Below, piece by piece: positions 51,373-61,694 of a stretch of DNA of 64,000 bases (within the stretch, counting starts at the first letter, position 1; every line of letters starts with the position of its first letter). The DNA is from Spirochaetia bacterium. GTDB taxonomy: Bacteria; Spirochaetota; Spirochaetia; UBA9216. The stretch is from positions 416,001 through 480,000 of the forward strand of contig OZ223269.1 of the NCBI GenBank assembly GCA_965140585.1, in the 5' to 3' direction. Both the position numbers and the translations under genes were made by a program. The notes below the pieces were generated by a model. That model had not been told where the DNA came from and made no database searches. It saw only the letters and a program-made list of their open reading frames with translations.

Positions 51373-52605
51373 ATGGATAATCCATTACAGCTATCTTTGC
51401 AGACATTCCGAAAAGGCTCTTACATCATAGTAGAAGGTAAGCAGAAGGCTGACTATTTCTACATTATCCGCAGCGGAAAGGTGCGTGTAAGCAAGGAAGT
51501 TGAAATAGTAGAGGAAGTCGGCGGAAATATCCTCAATCCCGGTGACTTCTTCGGGGTTGTTTCCACTATGTCTTCACACAGCCATATTGAAACGGCGCAG
51601 GCTTTAACTGATGCTGCCCTTATCACGGTTCACCGTGAACAGTATGGACTTCTTATTGAACGTAATGCCCCTGTGGCTATGAAAATAATACAACAGTTTT
51701 CGCAGAAGATGCGCTATCTTGATGAGGCTCTTACACGCATTACTTTTAAAAGTATAGCTGTCGATGATTTATCCCATCTTTTTAAAGTCGCCGAATATTA
51801 TGCCAGACAGAGTCAGTACAATCAGGCTTACTATGCTTATCATCAGTATATAAAATATTGTCCCGACGGTGCTAATCTTAATGTAGCCAAGGAAAGAATG
51901 GCAAAAATACAGCCTTATTCCAAAGTTGTATATCTTGATGGTGATGACAAGAATTTTACAAGGACATATCCGAAAGATACAATGATTTTCAGTGAATCAC
52001 AGCCTGGCCAGGAGCTTTATATAATTCAGAAGGGCAGTGTCAAGATTACTAAAATCGTAAATGATAATGAGCAGCTTCTGGCGCTTCTGAAACCGGGGGA
52101 TATATTCGGTGAGATGTCACTTCTTGAAAACAAGCCCAGATCAGCTTCAGCCATTGCGCATGAAGAAACCGTTCTGATGGCGGTTAACAATGCCAACTTT
52201 AACCGGATGGTTGCAAGCCAGCCTCAGATTATATCGAAACTTACGCAGCTGCTTTCCGAAAGAATATGGTTTATCTACAAGCAGCTTGCCAATACCCAGC
52301 TTACAGATCCTCTTGGAAGGCTGTACGATGCACTTCTTATTCAGCTTGAAAAAATGAGGACACCGATAACTTCCGAACCCTTTACCTTTGATTTCGGTCC
52401 GCAGGAACTGATAAACCTTGTAGGTCTGCCTAAGGATGAAGGAAACGTTCATATCAGGAAGCTGTTTGAGAACTCAAAAATCAAGGTTGTTAACAACAAG
52501 ATACATCTGACAAGTACTGAAGAAGTTGAAAAGCAGGCAAAGTACTACCGGAAAATGGAGAGGATTGATAAGGCCAGAAAGAAAGGCTCAATTAACAACC
52601 TTTAA
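51373..52605 (+). CDS. Crp/Fnr-like protein with two cNMP-binding domains
   Basis: FYIIRSGKV..GDFFG; LYIIQKGSV..FGEMSLL..PRSASA; C-terminal HTH-like region. Confidence 0.85.
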   Translation: MDNPLQLSLQTFRKGSYIIVEGKQKADYFYIIRSGKVRVSKEVEIVEEVGGNILNPGDFFGVVSTMSSHSHIETAQALTDAALITVHREQYGLLIERNAPVAMKIIQQFSQKMRYLDEALTRITFKSIAVDDLSHLFKVAEYYARQSQYNQAYYAYHQYIKYCPDGANLNVAKERMAKIQPYSKVVYLDGDDKNFTRTYPKDTMIFSESQPGQELYIIQKGSVKITKIVNDNEQLLALLKPGDIFGEMSLLENKPRSASAIAHEETVLMAVNNANFNRMVASQPQIISKLTQLLSERIWFIYKQLANTQLTDPLGRLYDALLIQLEKMRTPITSEPFTFDFGPQELINLVGLPKDEGNVHIRKLFENSKIKVVNNKIHLTSTEEVEKQAKYYRKMERIDKARKKGSINNL

Positions 52606-53307
52606 TTTTGAAATTACCGGAAAAAAACATTCTTTTCCGCTGATAATGCTGTCACCAAGCAGAGAACGTCTGAAAGACATTATAAGCTGCAGGCTATCCG
52701 GCTGGGCTGCTATGAATACAATGTTACCCTGAAGTGCAAGTTTCTCTGTGATCTTTTCTGAAACTCCGCTCACCGCGCCGTGAATGAAAATCTTATCGAA
52801 GGCAAGAATCTCATCGAATGCAGAAACATCCTGAGTTTCTGCAAGTCTGATATTGTCATAACCGTTTAAGGCGAATATCTCTGCATAGCTTGCAGCAGCA
52901 GATGACTCCTCAATAAGGAAGACTTCTCTACAGGTCCGCGATAAAAGCGCCGCTGCGTACCCGGCATTATTTCCGATGATTAGAATCCTGTCTGATGCCG
53001 AAGGCGAGAGAAGGTCAATGCATTCTGCAGTATCTGAGGCGGAAGGAAGAATGCTGCTGTCTGCCGCGGGGACAGGAATATCCTGATAAACAAGACGTCT
53101 GTATTTTTGTGATACAAAGCTGTGCCTCGGAACCTCAAGAAAGGCATTATAAACTGATGTCTGTATCAGTTTCCCCTGGCTGCGCAGTTCCGATGCCAGA
53201 TTAGCCCTGTCTTCCTGATAGTCAGTATCAGTATTGTTCTGAGCAAGGGAGGAAAAAGTAATTATTGTAAGAAGAATTGCTGCTGCAGCCGGTTTTCTGA
53301 ATCCCAT
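52588..53307 (-). CDS. protein-L-isoaspartate O-methyltransferase-like protein, degenerate, with signal peptide
   Basis: AFLEVPRHSFV..Y.D.P, ILIIGNNAGYAAALLS, FDKIFI.GA; N-terminal SLA|Q; ATG 53307 preferred. Confidence 0.75.
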   Translation of the reverse strand: MGFRKPAAAAILLTIITFSSLAQNNTDTDYQEDRANLASELRSQGKLIQTSVYNAFLEVPRHSFVSQKYRRLVYQDIPVPAADSSILPSASDTAECIDLLSPSASDRILIIGNNAGYAAALLSRTCREVFLIEESSAAASYAEIFALNGYDNIRLAETQDVSAFDEILAFDKIFIHGAVSGVSEKITEKLALQGNIVFIAAQPDSLQLIMSFRRSLLGDSIISGKECFFPVISKLKVVN

Positions 53308-53365
53308 AGATTTAGAATCTAACACAGATCAGCACTCAGGACAATATTGAATAAATCGATGCTGA

Positions 53366-53394
53366 TTGAAGCTTTATTCGTATTCTGGTAATAT
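53366..53394 (+). promoter_or_regulatory. putative sigma70 promoter of valS
   Basis: TTGAAG-17-TAATAT with extended TG. Confidence 0.55.
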
Positions 53395-53431
53395 CTTTTT
53401 TCTGAATGATATATTTTTACCGGAGTAATTT

Positions 53432-56077
53432 ATGAGCACTGAAGAGATGGCAAAAGCCTTTAACCCTGAAGAATTTGAGGACAGAATTTATAAGTACTGG
53501 ATGGATAACGGTTATTTTAAACCGTCAGATTCAGATAAAGATCCCTTTGTTATTGTGATCCCTCCTCCAAATGTTACAGGTGTTCTGCATATGGGACACG
53601 GCCTGAACAACATTCTTCAGGATGTGCTTATTAGATATCACCGTATGTGCGGCCGCCCGGCTTTGTGGGTGCCGGGAACTGACCATGCAGGTATTGCAAC
53701 CCAGAATATTGTTGAGAAAAAACTCAGGGCTAAAGGGATTGAAAGAAGAGACCTCGGCCGGGAAAAATTTGTTGAAGAAACATGGAAGGTGAAGGAAGAA
53801 CATCACAGCATCATCAAAAAACAGCTGATGAAAATCGGTTCTTCCTGTGACTGGAGCCGTGAACGTTTTACTCTAGATGAAGGCTGTTCAAAGGCTGTAC
53901 GTGAAGTTTTTGTAGGGCTTCATGAAAGAGGCCTGGTGTATCAGGGGAATTACCTTGTTAACTGGTGCCCTTCCTGCGGAACCGCTCTTGCAGATGACGA
54001 AGTTGATCACAGTGAAGTAAACGGTAAGATGTACCATTACTTTTATCCGCTTGCTGATGGAAGCGGTCAGCTTGAAATCGCTACAACAAGACCCGAAACA
54101 ATGCTTGGAGATACTGCTGTCGCAGTAAATCCGGAGGATGACCGTTATAAACATCTTATAGGAAAACAGTTGAAGCTCCCGCTTTCAGACCGTATTATTC
54201 CTGTTATTGGTGATTCCTATGTTTCTATGGAATTCGGAACCGGAGCGGTTAAAATTACTCCGGCACATGATCCGAATGACTGGGAAATTGGAAACCGGCA
54301 TAACCTTGAAAAGATTAACATCCTCAATGATGACGGGACTCTGAATGACAGAGTTCCTGAAAAATACAGGGGCATGGATGCAAAGACTGCCAGAAAGGCT
54401 GTTGTCGAAGATATAAAGGCTCTTGGACTGTATTTAAAGGATGAGGAACATAAACACCAGGTAGGTCACTGCTACCGATGTGATACAGTTGTTGAACCCT
54501 ACGTTTCAAGGCAGTGGTTTGTTTCCATGAATAAAATGGCAGATATGGCACTTAAGGTCTGGGAAGACAGCGAAGTAATCTTCTACCCGAAGAAATGGGA
54601 GAATACATATAAGCACTGGCTATCCAATATCCGGGACTGGTGTATTTCAAGACAGCTATGGTGGGGACACCGGATACCGGTATGGTATTGTGATGACTGC
54701 GGCGAAATGATGGTTGAACGTGATGATCCGGAAACATGTAAGAAATGCGGCAGCACTAACATCAGGCAGGATGAAGATGTTCTTGATACCTGGTTCTCTT
54801 CATGGCTCTGGCCTTTCTCAACTCTCGGCTGGCCTGAAAAGACAGCAGATCTTGACCGGTTCTTTCCTACAAGCACACTGGTTACTGGATACGACATCAT
54901 TTTCTTCTGGGTTGCCCGAATGATTATGTCCTCGCTTGAGTTTATGGATAAGGCCCCATTCAGAGATATTTATATCACCGGGCTTGTACGTGACAGACAG
55001 GGGCGTAAAATGTCCAAATCGCTCGGTAACGGTCTTGATCCGCTTGAGATTGTTTCTGAATATGGTGCTGATGCCCTGAAGTTTACCATGGCATTTCTTT
55101 CAGCTCAGGGACAGGATATCCTGATAGACAAGGAATCGTTCAAGCTTGGCTCAAAATTCGCCAATAAGGTATGGAATGCCTCACGCTATATTCTTATGAA
55201 TGTTGAAGGCAGAAAGATTATTGATATCGATAATATTGAGCTGAAAGAAGTTGATAAGTGGATACTTCACCGTCTGAATGAAAGAACTGCCGCTGCACAC
55301 GAAGCACTTGCAGTTTACAGATTCAATGATTTTGCCCAGGCAGGCTATGAGTTTTTCTGGAATGATTTCTGTGACTGGTACATTGAAGCTTCAAAGATGT
55401 CTCTGTATTCAAAGGATGAAGCCGAGAAGGACAGGGCAATTTCAATGCTGGTATATGTTCTTGGTCAGGCTTTGAAGCTTCTTCATCCCTACCTGTCATT
55501 TATAACAGAGGAAATCTATCAGAAGCTGCCTTTTGAGAAAAAGGCACTGATTATTGAAGATTACCCGGTGCATGAAGAGAAGTTCAATTTTCCTGAATCT
55601 GCTGCTTCTTTCGCCCTGCTTCAGGATCTTATAAGGGGTATTCGAACCCTCAGGTCTGAATTTACCATTCCGCCGGAGAAGAAGATTCCGGTAACTGTAG
55701 TGATGGATGAGGGCTTTGCCTCAGAGGAGTTCTTCAGGACTCACGAACCTCTTATTGCTCAGTTTGTGAATACCGACAAGCTTATTCTTGCCAGCGGCAA
55801 AGCTGATATCAGCGGAAGTGTAGCATCAGCCGGACAGGGATTTGAAGCCTATGCCTTTATACGTGAGGCAGTTGATATGGAAAAAGAGCTCGATAAACTT
55901 AAGAAAGAAAAAGACAAGCTTGCCAAGCTAATCAAGCAGACTGAGGGCAAGTTAGGAAATTCAAAATTTCTTGATAATGCACCTGATGATGTTATAGACA
56001 AGGAAAAAGGGAAACTTGCCGAGTTTACCGAACGCAATGACCGGATTAACTTTTTCATCAAAGAACTCGAAAGATAA
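53432..56077 (+). CDS. valS: valine--tRNA ligase
   Basis: PPPNVTG.LHMGH, ATTRPET, DWCISRQLWWGH, KMSKS, C-terminal coiled coil. Confidence 0.98.
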   Translation: MSTEEMAKAFNPEEFEDRIYKYWMDNGYFKPSDSDKDPFVIVIPPPNVTGVLHMGHGLNNILQDVLIRYHRMCGRPALWVPGTDHAGIATQNIVEKKLRAKGIERRDLGREKFVEETWKVKEEHHSIIKKQLMKIGSSCDWSRERFTLDEGCSKAVREVFVGLHERGLVYQGNYLVNWCPSCGTALADDEVDHSEVNGKMYHYFYPLADGSGQLEIATTRPETMLGDTAVAVNPEDDRYKHLIGKQLKLPLSDRIIPVIGDSYVSMEFGTGAVKITPAHDPNDWEIGNRHNLEKINILNDDGTLNDRVPEKYRGMDAKTARKAVVEDIKALGLYLKDEEHKHQVGHCYRCDTVVEPYVSRQWFVSMNKMADMALKVWEDSEVIFYPKKWENTYKHWLSNIRDWCISRQLWWGHRIPVWYCDDCGEMMVERDDPETCKKCGSTNIRQDEDVLDTWFSSWLWPFSTLGWPEKTADLDRFFPTSTLVTGYDIIFFWVARMIMSSLEFMDKAPFRDIYITGLVRDRQGRKMSKSLGNGLDPLEIVSEYGADALKFTMAFLSAQGQDILIDKESFKLGSKFANKVWNASRYILMNVEGRKIIDIDNIELKEVDKWILHRLNERTAAAHEALAVYRFNDFAQAGYEFFWNDFCDWYIEASKMSLYSKDEAEKDRAISMLVYVLGQALKLLHPYLSFITEEIYQKLPFEKKALIIEDYPVHEEKFNFPESAASFALLQDLIRGIRTLRSEFTIPPEKKIPVTVVMDEGFASEEFFRTHEPLIAQFVNTDKLILASGKADISGSVASAGQGFEAYAFIREAVDMEKELDKLKKEKDKLAKLIKQTEGKLGNSKFLDNAPDDVIDKEKGKLAEFTERNDRINFFIKELER

Positions 56078-56087
56078 AGCCTTCTAC

Positions 56088-56813
56088 ATGGGAAAGAAAG
56101 TTCTTTTTATTAGAAATATAGAGCGTGAGACCCCTGGTCTCGCGCTTGATGTTCTTAATGAGATGAAAATACCATTTGTAATGATAGATGCGGGTGAAGC
56201 AGCGATTGCCGGATATCCGGATTTATCAGATCTTCTGGCTGTTGTGATCCTGGGCGGTCCTGACAGTGCTAATGACAAAAATCAAAAAATAATAGCTGAA
56301 CTCGATTTTATAAAAAAATCCATAGACGCCGGTATTCCTTACCTCGGCATTTGTCTTGGAATGCAGATGCTGGTTAAGGTTTGCGGAGGGCAGGTAGTTA
56401 AAGCCCCGGAAAAAGAAACTGCTTTTAAGCACGATAACGGGAACCTTTACTTTGTAGCCCGGGCTGCCGGTTTTGTCGATGAGCCTCTTTTCCAAAACCT
56501 TGGTGATCGTTTCAGAGTTTTCCAGCTTCATGGCGAAACTGTCGAACTTCCTGAATCGGTTGAGCTGATCGGTGAAGGTCATGGCGTCAGCTGCAGAAAC
56601 CAGATTGTAAAATACAAAGAATCAGCCTATGGAATACAATGTCATTTTGAGATGAATGATTCTCTGTTCGAACGTCTGCTTGATGAAGATGAAGATCTAA
56701 GCAGGATGAACAGAGCGACGCTTGTAAGTGACTTTACCGAAATCAGTGAAGAATACACTCTAACTGGTAAGACTATTTTTAAAAACTTCTTCAGTCTCTG
56801 CCTCTGTAAATAA
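56088..56813 (+). CDS. type 1 glutamine amidotransferase (standalone)
   Basis: LGGP, LGICLGMQ, QCHFE (C-H-E triad); ATG 56088. Confidence 0.88.
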   Translation: MGKKVLFIRNIERETPGLALDVLNEMKIPFVMIDAGEAAIAGYPDLSDLLAVVILGGPDSANDKNQKIIAELDFIKKSIDAGIPYLGICLGMQMLVKVCGGQVVKAPEKETAFKHDNGNLYFVARAAGFVDEPLFQNLGDRFRVFQLHGETVELPESVELIGEGHGVSCRNQIVKYKESAYGIQCHFEMNDSLFERLLDEDEDLSRMNRATLVSDFTEISEEYTLTGKTIFKNFFSLCLCK

Positions 56814-56916
56814 TCCGCTGATTTGTAAACTGTGTAAATTCTCAAAGAATCTCCATTGTGTTATTCAGAAAACGATTTTAAAATGAATTGTTATAAAAAT
56901 TGATCGAGGATATTCT

Positions 56917-57852
56917 ATGAAATACGGATTATGCAGTTCTGTGATGGATAATATATCAAAGGCTGTGGTAGGTAAAAAGGAAGCCATTGAACTTGTTATA
57001 GTTGCATTACTTGCAGAGGGGCATGTTCTTCTTGAAGATGTGCCCGGACAGGGGAAAACCCTTTTATCAAAAGCTCTTGCAAAAAGCATCGACGGTGTAT
57101 ATAAACGCATCCAGTTCACTCCGGATCTCCTTCCGTCTGATATAACCGGTTTTAATATCTATAACCAGAAAAGCGGCGCTTTTACCTATCAGCCCGGACC
57201 TGTGATGTCTAATATTCTTCTTGCTGATGAAATCAACAGGACAATCCCACGTACACAGTCCAGCCTGCTTGAAAGTATGGAGGAGAGGCAAATTACCGTG
57301 GACGGACAGACTATGGAGCTTCCGAGTCCTTTTTTTGTAATAGCCACTCAGAACCCGATTGAGCAGGAAGGAACTTTTCCGTTGCCGGAAGCACAGCTGG
57401 ATCGCTTTCTTTTGAAGATAAATCTTGGTTATCCGGATAAAGAGGAAGAAATTGAAATAATGAACCGATTTCAGCAGGATGACCCCCTTCAGCATATATC
57501 TGCTGTTATTTCGCCGCGGGAGCTGGTGCTGCTTCAGCAGGAAAGACAGAGCATAAGGGTGTCTGAACCTGTGAAGGAATATATAGCAGATATAACCGGA
57601 GCTACACGAAACAGTTCCTATCTGAAATACGGAGCCAGCCCCAGAGGCGCACTGGGCCTTTTGCGTGCCGGCCAGGCTCTGGCAGCATTACGAGGCCGGG
57701 ATTTTGTTCTGCCTGATGATATTAAGGCACTCGCAGCCCCTGTAATATGCCATCGTCTTATACTTAAAGATGAACAAAGAATTAAAGGTATGACAGCCAT
57801 GGATGTGCTCGGCGGCATACTCGATGAAGTCCCTGTATCAGTAAATATTTAA
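56917..57852 (+). CDS. MoxR-family AAA+ ATPase
   Basis: HVLLEDVPGQGKT, RIQFTPDLLPSD, LADEINR, TQNP, LPEAQLDRF. Confidence 0.95.
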   Translation: MKYGLCSSVMDNISKAVVGKKEAIELVIVALLAEGHVLLEDVPGQGKTLLSKALAKSIDGVYKRIQFTPDLLPSDITGFNIYNQKSGAFTYQPGPVMSNILLADEINRTIPRTQSSLLESMEERQITVDGQTMELPSPFFVIATQNPIEQEGTFPLPEAQLDRFLLKINLGYPDKEEEIEIMNRFQQDDPLQHISAVISPRELVLLQQERQSIRVSEPVKEYIADITGATRNSSYLKYGASPRGALGLLRAGQALAALRGRDFVLPDDIKALAAPVICHRLILKDEQRIKGMTAMDVLGGILDEVPVSVNI

Positions 57853-57853
57853 G

Positions 57854-59038
57854 ATGTCCGAAAAGCCAAATGATACTATTTCTGTTATCGCTCTTCCATT
57901 AATTCTTCTGGCGGCAGCTGTTTTTCTCTTTTCCGGTCTGCTTCGAATGGACCGGGATATGGTTCTGTTTACAGCCGGTATTCTTTGCCTTGTAATAATA
58001 ATAAAAATATGGAGTATACTCAGTTTAAAAAATCTTGAATGCAGACTGCTTACCGGAACAGGCAGGTATTTCCGGGGTGATTTTCTTAAGATAGAGGCTG
58101 AGGTGTTTAACCGTAAAATACTCCCTGTCGCAGTAAAAATAAGTCTGCCGGCTGAATCAGCCGGTGTAAGTTTCTGTGACGGTAAGAATGTATCTTCTAC
58201 TGCAGGCCTGCTCTGGTATCAGAGGGTCAAGTTTGAATGGAATATGATTGCCGAAAAACGCGGAATATTTAAGATTGGTCCGGTTAAAATCTCAGGAGGA
58301 GATTTTTTCGGATTTTACATTAAAGAACACACGGCATCTTCCTTTGATGTCACAATTTATCCAAGAATCCTTCCTGTTAAGCTCCCTCTTATACAGGCGG
58401 GCGATTTGTTCGGAAAAGCCGGTAAAAAAAATCCGGTTCAGGACCCAGTTTATATACTCGGCACAAGGGAGTATCAGCACTGGCAGCCGGCCAGAAATAT
58501 ACACTGGAAGGCCAGCGCGAGGTACAGTCATTTGATGGAAAAGATATTTGATCCTTCCGAGCAGGAGAAGGTAGTTCTTCTACTGGATTCACAGGGATTT
58601 TCAGAAGCTGAAGATGACTTATTATTTGAAAAAGCTGTTGAAACTGCAGCTTCTGTTTTATATGAGATGGACAGGATGGGGTTTATTACAGGCTTCATAA
58701 CAAATTCTGTCATAAGGGGCAGCCGGAGCCGTATTGTAAGGCCGGGAAGAAATATAAGTCATATAATCTCAATACTGGAAACTATGGCTGCAATGGAACA
58801 GGAGACAGAGTGCAGCATAATGGAACTGCTGGATAGCGGTTACAGGTTTAATTCATCGGTAAGTCTCGTCGCAGTTGGCTTCAGCTTGCTTAATCTGCAG
58901 CCTTTAAAAGAAAACTGCTTAAGCCGGGGTATACCATTCACCGGTATAACCGCCTGCAGTGAAGCTGAAAACAATGAGAAGTTTAATGATTTATTTACCC
59001 TGAGCGACGTTCTTGATGTCGAGGTACAGCAGCTGTGA
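57854..59038 (+). CDS. DUF58 domain protein
   Basis: 2 TM, REYQ....RNIHWKASAR, VVLLLD; follows moxR. Confidence 0.88.
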   Translation: MSEKPNDTISVIALPLILLAAAVFLFSGLLRMDRDMVLFTAGILCLVIIIKIWSILSLKNLECRLLTGTGRYFRGDFLKIEAEVFNRKILPVAVKISLPAESAGVSFCDGKNVSSTAGLLWYQRVKFEWNMIAEKRGIFKIGPVKISGGDFFGFYIKEHTASSFDVTIYPRILPVKLPLIQAGDLFGKAGKKNPVQDPVYILGTREYQHWQPARNIHWKASARYSHLMEKIFDPSEQEKVVLLLDSQGFSEAEDDLLFEKAVETAASVLYEMDRMGFITGFITNSVIRGSRSRIVRPGRNISHIISILETMAAMEQETECSIMELLDSGYRFNSSVSLVAVGFSLLNLQPLKENCLSRGIPFTGITACSEAENNEKFNDLFTLSDVLDVEVQQL

Positions 59039-60441
59039 GCTATAATCGGAAACTCTACGCAGCCGGCTTCAGCGGAGTAAGCGGATTCCTCTGGCGTTAT
59101 GCTGCGGTTTATTTCACAATGCTTGCTTCAGCGGGTGAGCATTTCCCCTTTTTCTATGCACTGCTGTTTTATACATCTGCTTTTTCAGTGTCTGTGTTAA
59201 GCCGGGGCAGGGGGTACAGGCTGATATCCTTGTTTCTTGTACAGCTTGTTCTCTTTCTGTTTCTTAATACAGTTTATATTCATGATTATTATCATATTTC
59301 CCCGCCCTTATTCAGCTTGAACTGGTATGGGATATTCTTCAGCATTCAGCGAAGTATTTCAGAGTGGTTCTTTTTACTTTTGAACATATTTGCTGTCGTA
59401 TTTTTGTGGATTTCAGGAATATCAGTATCTTCAAAAAAGACGGATTATGCCCGTAGCTGTGGTATTCTTGATGCCGGGGCTGCTGTTTTTTTTATTATTT
59501 TCCTTTTGAAGATGGTATTGCGTACTAGAGCAGATGTTGTAATTACCGATACAAAATTAATACGACTGTTTTTCGCTTTTTTTATTTTCAGCCTTTCTTC
59601 AATTATTTTAACAAGAGAGTTTTCAGATGCCGGAAAAACTTTTATAAACAGTCATCGCGGAACGGGAGCTGTTCTGCTGGCAGCAGTAGTCATGCTTGTT
59701 TTAGTCTCTATAATTTTTCTTATCCTAATGCCGGAATTAAATTCAGCAGCTCAGTCGGGATTCAGGGTTCTTAAACAGGCTTCAGTACCTGCCGGTGATA
59801 TACTTGCCCGTTTACTTCGGTTTCTTTTTTTCAGGAAAACCGCCCGTACCGACAGCGCCGCATCCGGAGCAGGTGATGGTTCCGGAAATGCCGGGCCTAT
59901 AGCTGACGGCTCCGGAGACGAGTCAATTTTTGTTACGGTCATTATCTGGATACTCGGGATTCTTGTCGCCGCCGCAGTTTTAATTGCAGCTGCCGTCTTT
60001 CTTTGGGTGGCGCTTAAAAAACTTTTCGCCCGTTCCGCCGTAAAAGAAAAATCAGATTCAGGTTCCCTACTGTCAAAACTTGTTCGATTAATTATTCAGG
60101 CAGCAACAAGGCTGGTTTACAGAATTAAACACTTGCTAATGAAAAAAGCTGAATCTGATAAAACAGTTGAATCTGTTTATGCTCAGTTTTTGACATGGGG
60201 CAGGCGAGGCGGTGTTCCCCGTGCAGTTAATGAAACCCCTCTGGAGTATAATGCAAGGCTGACTGAAGTATATGATTTTGCAGGCAGAGACATAGATTAT
60301 ATCACTGAGAACTATATTAATAGGGTTTATGCAGAATTATCTCCTGACCAGTCTCAGGTTGATGCAGTTGTCAGTGCATTGAAGAAATTACAAAAACCGG
60401 GGCATATACCTAAGCGGCTGAGAGTCTGGCTGAAAAGATAG
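59035..60441 (+). CDS. polytopic membrane protein with C-terminal DUF4129-like domain
   Basis: About 8 TM; Y..F..W..R.G.PR..NETPLEY..Y...Y. Confidence 0.8.
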   Translation: MSYNRKLYAAGFSGVSGFLWRYAAVYFTMLASAGEHFPFFYALLFYTSAFSVSVLSRGRGYRLISLFLVQLVLFLFLNTVYIHDYYHISPPLFSLNWYGIFFSIQRSISEWFFLLLNIFAVVFLWISGISVSSKKTDYARSCGILDAGAAVFFIIFLLKMVLRTRADVVITDTKLIRLFFAFFIFSLSSIILTREFSDAGKTFINSHRGTGAVLLAAVVMLVLVSIIFLILMPELNSAAQSGFRVLKQASVPAGDILARLLRFLFFRKTARTDSAASGAGDGSGNAGPIADGSGDESIFVTVIIWILGILVAAAVLIAAAVFLWVALKKLFARSAVKEKSDSGSLLSKLVRLIIQAATRLVYRIKHLLMKKAESDKTVESVYAQFLTWGRRGGVPRAVNETPLEYNARLTEVYDFAGRDIDYITENYINRVYAELSPDQSQVDAVVSALKKLQKPGHIPKRLRVWLKR

Positions 60442-60446
60442 AAAAA

Positions 60447-61685
60447 TCAGCGTTTTCGGCTCATCTCAACACGGTTGCGGCCGTTCTTTTTGGCTGTGTA
60501 CAGGGCTGTATCTGCGTTCTTGAGTACATCGAAAGAACTTATCGCTGATTTACCAGGTTCAGCAACTCCGGCGCTGATATTTATTTCAACCTTCTTCGCA
60601 GGTATGCCTGTTTTATTCCTTCCGGATTTTTTCCGGTTTTTTGAATCCTGTCTTATATAAAAACAATGGTCTGCGAGAGACTTTCTTGCTTCATCCATCA
60701 GAGTCGCAGCTTGTTTTAATTCAATTCTTCTGAATATTACACAAAACTCTTCGCCGCCGTACCTGTAGGCACTGCGTCCGAAATGACTGTAGAGAATTTT
60801 TGCGACAAGTCTGAGCACATTATCTCCGGAGTCATGGCCGTAGGTATCATTGAAGCTTTTAAAATGATCAATATCAGCCATCGAAAGAGTGTAGGCTCTG
60901 TTTAATTTATGCATTCGCTCATCCAGAGCCCTGCGGTTTAAAAGACCAGTAAGTTCATCTATATATGAGTTGTCCCAATATATTCTGTAAAGAGAGTGAA
61001 GCTGAATAATACCCGCAGTCAGGAAACTGAGATCGTAAAGAAAAGCATTGAAATCCAGTAATGCAGGAATGCTTATCATAATCATGGAAGCTGAAACCGC
61101 AGGGGCAAATGTGCAAGTACGTCGGCTGCCTGTAATAAGAGGCAGAGCTGCTGGAAATAATGAGAATAAAAGTGCTGCCGCCTCAAGGCTGTGAAGCGGC
61201 AGATTCACAAGAATATCGGTGTGTACAGAAGCCGCTCCGGGATAAAAACCGCTTAATAAAAAAACTCCGGCTGTAAGGGCAATTCTTGGAATTAACAACG
61301 AATATCTGCCAATACGGTCTGGGACTGAGAAAACTAAAGCGTACGCCAAAGGAAAAAGAAGGGAAATGCTGTAAAATCCATTAGGAGATGTTTTAAATGA
61401 TTCCGGCAAAACCTTACCTGTAAGGGGCAGTAGTACATTCACCAGCGGTCCTGCTGAAGAAATAAGAAGCATGGTCAGGCACAACAGAACTATTCTCGTC
61501 TCGGCTGTTCGATATGCAAGAAAGGCTGAAATGATAAACAATACAGGAATAAAGAGGCTGATCTTCTGGTAGACACTTAAAACTACTTCATTCTCCAGGA
61601 TAGCAGATGAGAAAAATGAAATAATTAGAGTTATTGAAATAAGTATGACGTAAATTGAGTACTGTCTGATATCATATTTCTGCAC
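60447..61685 (-). CDS. membrane diguanylate cyclase (GGDEF)
   Basis: DELTGLLNRR, DIDHFKSFNDTYGH..GD, RYGGEEF, ADTALY.AK..GRNR; about 8 TM. Confidence 0.93.
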   Translation of the reverse strand: MQKYDIRQYSIYVILISITLIISFFSSAILENEVVLSVYQKISLFIPVLFIISAFLAYRTAETRIVLLCLTMLLISSAGPLVNVLLPLTGKVLPESFKTSPNGFYSISLLFPLAYALVFSVPDRIGRYSLLIPRIALTAGVFLLSGFYPGAASVHTDILVNLPLHSLEAAALLFSLFPAALPLITGSRRTCTFAPAVSASMIMISIPALLDFNAFLYDLSFLTAGIIQLHSLYRIYWDNSYIDELTGLLNRRALDERMHKLNRAYTLSMADIDHFKSFNDTYGHDSGDNVLRLVAKILYSHFGRSAYRYGGEEFCVIFRRIELKQAATLMDEARKSLADHCFYIRQDSKNRKKSGRNKTGIPAKKVEINISAGVAEPGKSAISSFDVLKNADTALYTAKKNGRNRVEMSRKR

Positions 61686-61694
61686 AGGAGATGA

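Noticed and set aside
53330-53431. T-box leader for valS (also checked for cysS and asnS)
   Set aside because: Leaders are too short and no AGGGTGGNACCGCG motif was seen.
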